Of a DNA stretch of 22,883 nt, positions 7,589-15,360 are shown in pieces (position 1 is the stretch's first letter; every line of letters begins with the position of its first letter). Below the pieces are notes generated by a model that was not told the DNA's origin, did no database searches, and saw only the letters and a program-made list of their open reading frames with translations. A program made the position numbers and the translations under genes. This DNA comes from Armatimonadota bacterium. Lineage in GTDB: Bacteria > Armatimonadota > UBA10988. The stretch is taken from positions 1 through 22,883 of the forward strand of contig JACRKZ010000080.1 in assembly GCA_016235455.1 (NCBI GenBank), written 5' to 3'.

Positions 7589-9631
7589 CTACGGCTTGGC
7601 CAACACGGCGCAGTCGAGCCCGAAGTAGAACTTCGGCCCGGTCGACGCCGGATTGGTGCCGACCACCTCGGCACGCAGCGTCAGCACGCCGTCCTTCGGC
7701 GTGAAGGTGCCCAGCGCCACCGGGCCGGCCAGGACCGCCTTGGGGTCGTAGGCGTCGTAGTCATCGCCGGCCTTCTGACCGTTGACCGTGAAGCGCAGGA
7801 TGCCATAGTCGCGGCTCTTGGTCAGCCACAGGCTCACCGCGCGGGGCGCGTTGTCCGGCACCGGCAGCGCCAACTCAACGAAGTCGCCCGCCCGGCTGGC
7901 CAGGACGAAGAGCTGCTGACCACCGCTCCATTCGCCTTCAGTGAGCCCGGCGTTCTGCGTCTCCACCTTGAGATCGCGCGAGGCGGCGACCGGCTTGAGA
8001 GTCTCCAGTTCCACAGCGCCTGGCCGCTTGAGCGAGCCTGGAGCATCACGCACGGCGGCGATCGCTTCGGCCGGCTGCGGCACGCGGTTGTGGGTCGCGC
8101 CGGGCCGCGCATACCAGAACGAGCCGACGGCATAGTCCACCTGCGTGTCCGCCCAGTTCCAGATCTCCATGTCCACCCGCAGGTCGCGCGCGTAGGCGAT
8201 GCCGTCCAGCAGCCGCAAGCGCGAGGTGGTCGTGTAGCCGCGCCAGTCGCCCTGGTTGAGGATGTCGCGCTCGGGCATCGACAGCCACGGCGAGGAGAAG
8301 AAGTTGCTCATGCCCCAGGCGTAGCCGTAGTAGTCTTCGGTGCCCGTGCCGATATGCTGCGGATAGGTCGCGCCGTCGTAGTAGATGCGCTCGTCGCCCT
8401 CGCCATACCACTCGCGCGCCGGGCTGAACACCGACAGCGTGTCGCCCACGTAGGTGCCGGCGCCGGTGGTGGCCAGGTAGTTCCAGTCGCTCATCGGTCG
8501 GGTCTTGATGGGCTCCTGCCGCCGCCAGGTGGCGTGGAACAGCATCGAACGCTCATCCCAGGTCCACGGCCCCGTGCCCACGCCGAGACTGGCCATCACC
8601 GGCTCCGCGCCGACGTTGACCAAGGCGATGCTGCCGCTCTTGGCATACGGCATGACCCAGCGCGCGGTCAGCGTGCCGTCGACGGTCACCGCCCGCCACC
8701 AGTCGCGCACCGACCGCAGCCGCGGCCCGCAGCCGAAGAACTCGCCCAACGGGCACCACACGGTGTCCTCGCCGTCGAACCGGGCGGTCAGCACCAGCGA
8801 GCGCAACGCTTGCGGCGCGGCCTTGGGATCGACATGGATGCGCACCTCGGTCACGGCCTTGGGCCCGGCGGGCAGATCAACGGTCAGCGGCCGATCCTGG
8901 CTCAGGCCGCTCCACTTGGTGTCGTCGTCGATCGCGGGCTCAGGCGCCAGCAGCGCCGCGGCGGCCTTGTCCAGCGCGGGTTTGGCGGCCTCCAGCACGG
9001 CCGGGCTGAGCGATTCCACCGTCGTGCCGGCCACGTAGGCGCGGTAGTTGATGACGTAGTAGAACGGCGCCTGGTCGAGCGTGATCTTGAGGTGTCGGGC
9101 AAACGGGATGGGCAGGTAGAGGTCGCCCGACACGCCGCGCGCGGCCTTGTAGCCGGGCGCGAGTTGGTTGGCCAGGTCGGTTTCGTTCCAGCCGCGGAAG
9201 GCGAACGGCGGCTTGACAAAGCCCTGCCCGCAGAGCAGGTCGTTGAGCTTGGCGACAAAGCGTGGCGCGGGCTCGCCGTCGAAGTAGAACCGTACCTGCT
9301 GCGCGTCTTTCTCAGCCAGCAGCGGAATCCACCACCGCGTGATCACACCCGGCCCATCGGCGTCCATGATGACCCATTCGCGCCGGCCTTCGTTCAGCTC
9401 GGTGTGGATGAAGTTGCCATAGTCCTGGTTGGTGTGCCAGGTCTCCGCGTTGAACGGGTCGTTCTTGCGCGGGTCGTGGCTGCTGGCCTGCTTCAGCGAC
9501 CAAGCCGAGCCCGGCACGGTAGCCACGGCCGACCGGTCGGTCATCTCCGCCAGCAGCGAACTCAGCGTGACCGGAGCGGCGCCGGCAGCGGCGGCCACGG
9601 TCCCCATCAGTGCCAACACGAACCCACGCAT
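7589..9631 (-). CDS. DUF2961 / GH172-family glycoside hydrolase, secreted, with a C-terminal beta-sandwich (CBM-like) domain
   Basis: 680 aa; signal peptide MRGFVLALMGTVAAAAGA; DADGPGVITRWW, YLPIPF, PLGEFFG, WVMPY, FHATW, WYGEGDERIYYDG, GTGTEDYYGYAW. C-terminal WSGGQQLF...TKSRDYGI...FGLDC domain. Confidence 0.88.
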   Translation of the reverse strand: MRGFVLALMGTVAAAAGAAPVTLSSLLAEMTDRSAVATVPGSAWSLKQASSHDPRKNDPFNAETWHTNQDYGNFIHTELNEGRREWVIMDADGPGVITRWWIPLLAEKDAQQVRFYFDGEPAPRFVAKLNDLLCGQGFVKPPFAFRGWNETDLANQLAPGYKAARGVSGDLYLPIPFARHLKITLDQAPFYYVINYRAYVAGTTVESLSPAVLEAAKPALDKAAAALLAPEPAIDDDTKWSGLSQDRPLTVDLPAGPKAVTEVRIHVDPKAAPQALRSLVLTARFDGEDTVWCPLGEFFGCGPRLRSVRDWWRAVTVDGTLTARWVMPYAKSGSIALVNVGAEPVMASLGVGTGPWTWDERSMLFHATWRRQEPIKTRPMSDWNYLATTGAGTYVGDTLSVFSPAREWYGEGDERIYYDGATYPQHIGTGTEDYYGYAWGMSNFFSSPWLSMPERDILNQGDWRGYTTTSRLRLLDGIAYARDLRVDMEIWNWADTQVDYAVGSFWYARPGATHNRVPQPAEAIAAVRDAPGSLKRPGAVELETLKPVAASRDLKVETQNAGLTEGEWSGGQQLFVLASRAGDFVELALPVPDNAPRAVSLWLTKSRDYGILRFTVNGQKAGDDYDAYDPKAVLAGPVALGTFTPKDGVLTLRAEVVGTNPASTGPKFYFGLDCAVLAKP

Positions 9632-9705
9632 GGACTGGCTCCTGGTGGACAGTGTGGCAGGTTGGGGCAGGGCGTGGCAAGAGGAGTTGCGCGGCCCGGT
9701 GGCTG

Positions 9706-9735
9706 TTGACGCTCAAGGGGCCCGCGAGATAGAGT
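9706..9735 (+). promoter_or_regulatory. Candidate sigma70 promoter for the 9786-11016 cassette
   Basis: TTGACG (9706-9711) - 18 nt - TAGAGT (9730-9735), about 50 nt upstream of ATG 9786. The -35 lies within a small palindrome TTGA-CGC-TCAA. Confidence 0.55.
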
Positions 9736-9785
9736 GAAGATGTGCAGTCGAGCAATGGAGATGGCGAGGCGCGAGGGGTGGAGCC

Positions 9786-10217
9786 ATGAACCGAACCGAG
9801 TTTGAGGCGTTGCGCGACCTACCTGGCAAGACCATACGGGACGATATCAGGTTCGTCGAGAGGCGCGCGACCAAGCCGTTGCTCGTTGCCGAGGACCTGC
9901 GCATCCACAACGACCACGATGTGGACGCGCGTATGAATATCACCTACAACCCGGCGGTCCGCTCAGTGTCGATCAACGTGCATGTGCCGGGTCTCGGACC
10001 GATCTGCCGACTGGACAGCAATGGGCCGCGGCACCGTCCGTGCGGTCGTGACCACAAACACGCCCTGGTGACCGAGGAGTGCCCGCGCCGGAACCTCGCG
10101 GACGGGGTCACCGACCGGCCCGAGTTGGCTCGCAAGTCAACGAGGGAACTGTTTGCCTGGTACTGCACGGTCGCTAGAATCGACCATGAAGGTGTCTTTG
10201 TCGCGCCGGATGAGTGA
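9786..10217 (+). CDS. Small hypothetical protein, DUF6978-like, with a RLD-x5-H-x6-H-x-H motif
   Basis: 143 aa; GGAG RBS; MNRTEFEALRDLPGKTI...ICRLDSNGPRHRPCGRDHKH...ELFAWYCTVARIDHEGVF. Family call is from recall of the motif and its usual pairing with DUF1828. Confidence 0.6.
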   Translation: MNRTEFEALRDLPGKTIRDDIRFVERRATKPLLVAEDLRIHNDHDVDARMNITYNPAVRSVSINVHVPGLGPICRLDSNGPRHRPCGRDHKHALVTEECPRRNLADGVTDRPELARKSTRELFAWYCTVARIDHEGVFVAPDE

Positions 10218-10227
10218 GGAACAAGCC

Positions 10228-11016
10228 ATGTGGACCGTGGGCCAGATCGAAACGGCAGTGGCCGGGCACTCGCTGATTCGCGACATGGACCGGTTACCGG
10301 CTGGTGTGATGCGCATCGAGACGTCGTTCCAGTACCCAGACGGCGCATCAGTGGAGGTGTTCCTCGGCCACGAGCCCAGCCTGCTGCCCGAGGAACGTGC
10401 GCCGTACACACTGGACGATGCGGGCCAGACCATGGCCTGGCTGCTGGATGTGCAGGTGAAACCGTGGCTGTCGAGCAGGCGCAGAGCATTCGTCGACGAT
10501 GCACTGCGCGTCTACGGCATCCGTCAGGAAGGCGCCGTCCTGGGCTGCCGGTTGAGCGCGCTCAGCGAGCTGCCCGATGGCATTGTCAGGCTTGGCCAGG
10601 CGTGTCTGCGTGTGGCTGACCTGACCTACACCCGCAGAGCAGCCCTGCAGACCGAGTTCACCGAAGAGATCGGCGAGGTGTTGACCGACATCGAGGTCCC
10701 CTACGACCAGGACGTGGAACTCCTCGGGCGGTACGGCAACGTGGTCAGGGTGGACTTCGTCGCACATGGCGCCAGCACCACGTCGGCGGTCCTGGCGCTC
10801 TCATCGGCGAACCGGTCGCAGGCGCATGTGCTTGCCAACGAGGTCTTCCGCCGATGGTATGACCTGGACGTGCCGGAGCGGAGCGAGCAGCGCGTCACCG
10901 TCTGGGACGACCGGCACGATGTCTATCGCGATGACGACCTGCAGCGCCTGCATGAGATCTCCAGTCTGGTGCCGCTATCGGACCGGCAGGCGGTGGCCGA
11001 CTTGCTCGTGGCGTAG
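10228..11016 (+). CDS. DUF1828-domain protein with a C-terminal restriction-endonuclease-like (DUF1829-like) domain
   Basis: 262 aa from ATG 10228; GAGGA RBS overlaps the upstream stop. N-terminal IETSFQYPDGASVEVFL...LDDAGQT matches DUF1828. C-terminal FTEEIGEVL...VELLGRYGNVVRVDF...WYDL...VTVWDD has a REase-like pattern without an obvious (D/E)xK. Confidence 0.75.
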   Translation: MWTVGQIETAVAGHSLIRDMDRLPAGVMRIETSFQYPDGASVEVFLGHEPSLLPEERAPYTLDDAGQTMAWLLDVQVKPWLSSRRRAFVDDALRVYGIRQEGAVLGCRLSALSELPDGIVRLGQACLRVADLTYTRRAALQTEFTEEIGEVLTDIEVPYDQDVELLGRYGNVVRVDFVAHGASTTSAVLALSSANRSQAHVLANEVFRRWYDLDVPERSEQRVTVWDDRHDVYRDDDLQRLHEISSLVPLSDRQAVADLLVA

Positions 11017-11082
11017 ATCGGCCCAGCCTCCAACCCGACATCCACCCCATCGCGCACCACCATGCCTTGCGGAGCACAAAGC

Positions 11083-11904
11083 ATGGAGTTCCGGTACTTC
11101 CGCGCGATGTGGGGCATGGAGCAGCCGACGCTCGAAGCCAACCTGCGGCAGATCCGCGACGGCGGGTTCGACGGCGTGGAGATGGGCGCGCCCGCCGACG
11201 CCGACGACCGACGCGCATTGCGCGACCTGCTCGACGAGCTCGGCCTGGCGCTGATCGTGCAGCAGTGGACCCGCGGCGACACGCCCGAGCAGCACGCCGA
11301 CAGCTTCGAGGCGCAGTACCGCGCCGCGGCCGACCTGGCGCCGTTGCTGGTCAACTCGCAGTCGGGCCGCGACATCTACTCGACCGAGCAGAACCTGCTG
11401 GTCATCGACCGCGGCCGCGCGCTGGAGGACGAACTCGGCGTGACCGTCACCCATGAGGTGCATCGTGGCCGCGCCACCTTCTGCACCGCGTCGACCATGG
11501 CGCTGCTCGACGCGGCGCCCGACCTGCGGCTCACCGCCGACCTCTCACACTGGTGCTGCGTGCACGAATCGCTGCTGGCCGACCAGGACGCCGCCGTGCA
11601 ACGTGCCATCGAGCACGCCTACCACATCCACGCCCGCGTCGGCCATGCCGAGGGCCCGCAGGTGCCGGACCCGCGCGCCCCGGAGTGGCAGCCGGCGGTC
11701 GACGCCCATGTGGGCTGGTGGCAACGTATCGTCGATCACCAGCGGGCCCAGGGCCGCGAGACCATGACCATCTGCCCCGAGTTCGGCCCGCCCGGCTACA
11801 TGCCAACGCTGCCCTTCACCCGCCAACCCGTGACCAGCCTGTGGGAGGTCAACCTGCACATGAAGGACCTGCTGGCGGCGCGCCTTGCGCGGGGTCGGGC
11901 GTAG
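11083..11904 (+). CDS. Sugar phosphate isomerase/epimerase family protein (xylose isomerase-like TIM barrel)
   Basis: 273 aa from ATG 11083 (GGAG upstream); GFDGVE, HEVHRGR, TADLSHWCCVHES, HIHARVG, PQVPDPRAPEW, CPEFGP. Confidence 0.85.
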   Translation: MEFRYFRAMWGMEQPTLEANLRQIRDGGFDGVEMGAPADADDRRALRDLLDELGLALIVQQWTRGDTPEQHADSFEAQYRAAADLAPLLVNSQSGRDIYSTEQNLLVIDRGRALEDELGVTVTHEVHRGRATFCTASTMALLDAAPDLRLTADLSHWCCVHESLLADQDAAVQRAIEHAYHIHARVGHAEGPQVPDPRAPEWQPAVDAHVGWWQRIVDHQRAQGRETMTICPEFGPPGYMPTLPFTRQPVTSLWEVNLHMKDLLAARLARGRA

Positions 11905-11985
11905 GGCGTCGGGCGTGGGGGGGAACGGCCTCCGCACACGCGACGAGCGTCGCATGGAGATCGCTCTCCCCCACGCCCGACGCCC
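11904..11985. repeat. Perfect 18-bp inverted repeat between convergent genes (bidirectional terminator or REP-like element)
   Basis: GGGCGTCGGGCGTGGGGG (11904-11921) / CCCCCACGCCCGACGCCC (11968-11985). The arms are built of 7-nt units, with an inner GCGACG/CGTCGC hairpin (11940-11953). Confidence 0.8.
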
Positions 11986-12006
11986 GACACCGCGCGCAAA
12001 GCGCGC

Positions 12007-14238
12007 TCACCTGACCATGGGGCACGCCAGCAGGCACGCCTCGAAGTTGCAGGGCCGGTACTTGGGGATTGCCGGCTGCTGCCGCAGCGCCGTGGCCAGC
12101 GATTCGGCGGAGATGACGTCGGGAGCGGGCAGGTTCAGGTCCCAGCCCAGGAAGTTGACGCCCTCTTCGCCATTGAGCGAGTAGCGCTTGCTCCAGTCGC
12201 AGCGTGTGCGCTCGATCGGCCGGAAGCGCTCGATGTTGCCCGCCACCTCCACCGTCGCCTCGGGTCCGAAGGCGGTTGTGGCGCAGGCGCTCACGCAGCG
12301 CGTGCAGTCCTCGCAGGCGGCGGTCAGGCCGGCGTCGGCGATGACCTCGTCAGCCGCGATCTCGGCGTCGGTGATGACCGCCACATAGCGCCCGAACGGG
12401 CCCAGCACCGGCGATACGACGAAGCCCGCGCGGCTCAGATGGCCCAGCCCGGCGGCCACGGCGGCGAAGCGGTTGGCGAAGGCGTCCGGCTGGTCGCCGC
12501 GCGGATTACCCACCACCGATCCCGTGCCGCACAGATCGAAGCTCAGCGTGGCGCGATGGCCGCGATCCTCCAGCCAGCGCATCACCCGCAGTGCCGTCAG
12601 CCGCAGCAGGTTGGTCGATTCGTACTGCGCGAAGGCGTACGGCCCGACCGACTCCGCCGGCGGCAGGGCCGTGCGCTCCACCGACGCCCTGGGCAGCCGC
12701 AGGCCGATGACCAGCACCGACTTCGCGCCCGCCAGATGGTCCTCGGGCCGTTTGACCTGCACCGTCGACGCGGTCACCCGCGGCTCATAGGGCATGAACC
12801 GGTGCGACACATCGCGCGCGTCGAGCCGCGCCATGCCGTCGAACACCTCGGACAATGCCGGATGCAGCGCGTCGAGCCGCTCTGCCGGGGCCACGCCCAT
12901 GACATCGGCGCCCAGCTCGGCGGTCAGCCGCGCCAGTTGTGCGCGGCGCTGTGCCGCGTCGAGCGGCGGCGGCGCCGGCACGGCCAGGTCCAGGCTGGTC
13001 GGGCTCAACTCGGCGGCGCAGATGACGGTATGCGTCTGCACCGCCCAGCCCGCGGGCAGGCCGGTGAACTGCGCCTGCACCGTCGCTTCGTCCAAATCGG
13101 TGGCGCAGACGGCGCTGTAGCCCCAGCGCTCGATCTCGCGGGTCACGTCGTAGGCCGCGGCGTCGAGCAGGTAGCTGCGCGCCGCCGCGCTCAAGTCCGG
13201 TCCTTCGGGCCGACGGTAGCGCAGGCCGAGCGTGACCGCCGAGCGGCCGTCGGGCAGCCATCGCGTCACATCGCCCAGTTCGGGCACGGCCACGAAGTCG
13301 CAGCCCTGCCGGTAGGCCATGGCCGCCACGGCCTGCCCCAGCCCACGATGCCCCTCGTCGCCCGCGGGCGTGTTGCGTCGACGGCGTGGCGCGTCGGCAT
13401 AGCCGCGATCGAAGTAGCGGCGGGCCTTGGGCACGCAGAAGCGCAGGCAGCAACCCATCTCGCCGCCACGCAGGCCGTGCTCGCGGACGTTGGCCAGGAT
13501 GACCGCCTCGTCCACCACCTCGGGGATGGGCAGGTCCAGGTCCAGGTCGAAGTGCTCACCCCAGGCGCAACGCCACAGGTTCTTGTTGGCCTTGGTATAG
13601 ACCTTGTCCTCGATGGGCAGCTCGTCGAGGCCGCCAAGCTCCTTGGACAGCGCGCCCGACGGACAAAGCCGCACGCACAACCCGCAGTCGTCGCACACGC
13701 TGCCCGGCTCAAGCAGCGGCGTCGGCTCCAGGATCGCGTCGGTGATGACCGTGACGAAGCGTTGCCGCGCGCCATACTCGGGCGTGATGGCCAGCCCGCT
13801 GTAGCCCAGGTCCGACAGGCCCGCCGCCACCGAGGCGTAGATGTGGCTCATGTCCGGCGCGAAGTGTGCGGTCAGCTCCTTATACCCCTTGTACCGCCAG
13901 ATGTTCGAGCTGACGATGGGCACCGCGCGGTAGCCCTCGCGCTCCAGCCACACACCGAGCCGGTACGACATCTCGTCGAGGCGGTCGTTCATACGGTACT
14001 GCACGCGGTACGGCCCGATCTCCTGCGGATGCGTCAACCCACCCAGCTCGATGCACGCGTCGGGATGATGGATGGCCATGACCACCACCGACCGCGCCGC
14101 CGGGAACAGCCCTTGCGGCGACATCATCAGCGGCGCATGAGCGAACCGCTCGATGTTGGCCACGCCCACCAGGTCCGCCGCCAGCACCTCGCGCGCATAG
14201 GCCTTCAGCCGGCCGGTCATCACCGAGTCCACTGCCAT
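12007..14238 (-). CDS. Multi-module QueG / reductive dehalogenase-like cobalamin- and 4Fe-4S-binding protein (two full modules and one degenerate module)
   Basis: 743 aa from ATG 14238 (AGGAGG 6 nt upstream). Module 1: ADLVGVA..P..LFPAARSVVV..SHIYASVAAGLSDLGYSGLAITPEYGARQRFVTVITDA..CDDCGLCVRLCP..RC..CCLRFC. Module 3: GADVMGVA..HLAGAKSVLV..AAVAAGLGHL..YVAVITDA..CEDCTRCVSAC..RC..CNFEACLLACP. The middle module (GCDFVAV..WLPDGRSAVT..IERWGYSA..TVICAAEL) lacks the Fe-S motifs. Confidence 0.82.
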   Translation of the reverse strand: MAVDSVMTGRLKAYAREVLAADLVGVANIERFAHAPLMMSPQGLFPAARSVVVMAIHHPDACIELGGLTHPQEIGPYRVQYRMNDRLDEMSYRLGVWLEREGYRAVPIVSSNIWRYKGYKELTAHFAPDMSHIYASVAAGLSDLGYSGLAITPEYGARQRFVTVITDAILEPTPLLEPGSVCDDCGLCVRLCPSGALSKELGGLDELPIEDKVYTKANKNLWRCAWGEHFDLDLDLPIPEVVDEAVILANVREHGLRGGEMGCCLRFCVPKARRYFDRGYADAPRRRRNTPAGDEGHRGLGQAVAAMAYRQGCDFVAVPELGDVTRWLPDGRSAVTLGLRYRRPEGPDLSAAARSYLLDAAAYDVTREIERWGYSAVCATDLDEATVQAQFTGLPAGWAVQTHTVICAAELSPTSLDLAVPAPPPLDAAQRRAQLARLTAELGADVMGVAPAERLDALHPALSEVFDGMARLDARDVSHRFMPYEPRVTASTVQVKRPEDHLAGAKSVLVIGLRLPRASVERTALPPAESVGPYAFAQYESTNLLRLTALRVMRWLEDRGHRATLSFDLCGTGSVVGNPRGDQPDAFANRFAAVAAGLGHLSRAGFVVSPVLGPFGRYVAVITDAEIAADEVIADAGLTAACEDCTRCVSACATTAFGPEATVEVAGNIERFRPIERTRCDWSKRYSLNGEEGVNFLGWDLNLPAPDVISAESLATALRQQPAIPKYRPCNFEACLLACPMVR

Positions 14239-14256
14239 CCGCATCCTCCTCATGGC

Positions 14257-14288
14257 TGAAGGTCATTCATCATCGTGGAATGCCTTCA
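14257..14288 (-). promoter_or_regulatory. Hairpin / inverted repeat in the 5' leader of the QueG-like gene
   Basis: On the minus strand TGAAGG-CATTC-(9 nt)-GAATG-A-CCTTCA, between the predicted promoter and the AGGAGG RBS. Confidence 0.55.
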
Positions 14289-14299
14289 CTGATACAGAA

Positions 14300-14329
14300 A
14301 TCGTAGCAGGTTGGGCTGGCGCGAGTCAA
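14300..14329 (-). promoter_or_regulatory. Candidate sigma70 promoter for the QueG-like gene
   Basis: Minus strand TTGACT (14329-14324) - 18 nt - TACGAT (14305-14300), with an extended -10 TGn. The -35 overlaps the stop codon of the lipid kinase gene. Confidence 0.65.
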
Positions 14330-15246
14330 GCGTCCAGGCCCGACGGCCGATCTGGCACCAGAACGTTCACGGCGCCCGGCAGAACGCTCACGCTGACCGG
14401 CAACTCGCCCGCGGGGTCGCCATCAATCTGCACGGGCACCGCCCCGGCCGACCGCAGCTCGACGCGCGACGCGTGCGCGAAGCAGATGCCCCGTCCAGGG
14501 CGCAGCCGGTCGGTCAGCCAGCCGGCCACGAAGCGCGGAAGCGCGCCGCGAACGTGACCGTCGACCCAGCAGACATTGAGCAGGCCATCGTCGCAACGGG
14601 CCTCGGCGCAGACCCGGCGGTCGCCGCCATACCGACCGAGGTTGGCCACGATAGCCAGCGACGCCGTGTCGGTGAGCACCGTGCCATCGGCCACCACGCG
14701 CGTCAGCGGCCGGCCGCGGCGCAGCAGCGCGGCCAGCAGCGGACGCGCATAGGCGCGCTGGGTGATGCCGCGCGGCCCGCGCGCGGCATGGACCCGCGCC
14801 ACCACCTCGGCATCGAAGCCCGCGCCGAGGCACATGACGAACCGGGACGTCGCCACGCCAGCCCGCTCCACCAGGCCGATGTCCAGCGACCGCCGCCGGC
14901 CCGCCAGGGCCACGCCCACCAACGCTTCGGGCTCGCTGGGCAGGCCCAGCTCGAGCGACACAACGTTGGCCGTGCCCATGGCCACGGGCAGGATGGGCGT
15001 GCGCCAGCCGGCGTCGACCAGTCCGTTGATGATCTCGTTGAGCGTGCCGTCACCACCCACCGAGACGATCAGGTCGGCACTGCCGCCTAGCGCGGCGGCC
15101 CAGTGCCGCGCATCGCCCGCGGCGCGGGTGACGTGCAGCTCGACCACCCGGCCGGCGGCGGTCAGCAGCCCGGCCAGCTGCTGCGCGCGGGCGAGCGCGG
15201 TGGCGCGGCCGCTGGTGGGGTTGACGATCATCAGGACGTGGCGCAT
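14326..15246 (-). CDS. Diacylglycerol/lipid kinase family protein (YegS/Rv2252/BmrU type)
   Basis: 306 aa; IVNPTSG, VSVGGDGTLNEIING, MGTAN, GAGFDA, NLGRYGG, DDGLL, QIDGD. Confidence 0.93.
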   Translation of the reverse strand: MRHVLMIVNPTSGRATALARAQQLAGLLTAAGRVVELHVTRAAGDARHWAAALGGSADLIVSVGGDGTLNEIINGLVDAGWRTPILPVAMGTANVVSLELGLPSEPEALVGVALAGRRRSLDIGLVERAGVATSRFVMCLGAGFDAEVVARVHAARGPRGITQRAYARPLLAALLRRGRPLTRVVADGTVLTDTASLAIVANLGRYGGDRRVCAEARCDDGLLNVCWVDGHVRGALPRFVAGWLTDRLRPGRGICFAHASRVELRSAGAVPVQIDGDPAGELPVSVSVLPGAVNVLVPDRPSGLDA

Positions 15247-15360
15247 CGGCCCGCGGGCCTCCTGCTCACAGCATAGCCCACAGCGCGCACAGCCTGGGCT
15301 GGCACCGGCATCTTGTCGGCGGACGGACCGGCTCGACCGCGAACGGCCCCGCCGCGCGGA

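Noticed and set aside
9632-11082. IS element or integrase-bounded island around the two-gene cassette
   Set aside because: No transposase, integrase, terminal inverted repeats or convincing target-site duplication were seen by eye; only composition suggests foreign origin.
12007-14238. Calling this gene queG or rdhA
   Set aside because: It lacks the QueG-specific RYAxGxDYH motif, a Tat signal and an rdhB partner, and the three-module architecture fits neither.
14239-14300. Cobalamin riboswitch upstream of the B12-type enzyme
   Set aside because: The leader is only ~55 nt and has no B12-box or other cobalamin riboswitch motifs.
15267-15293. Three CACAGC direct repeats upstream of the lipid kinase
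   Set aside because: They are short and unevenly spaced, so they cannot be told apart from chance.
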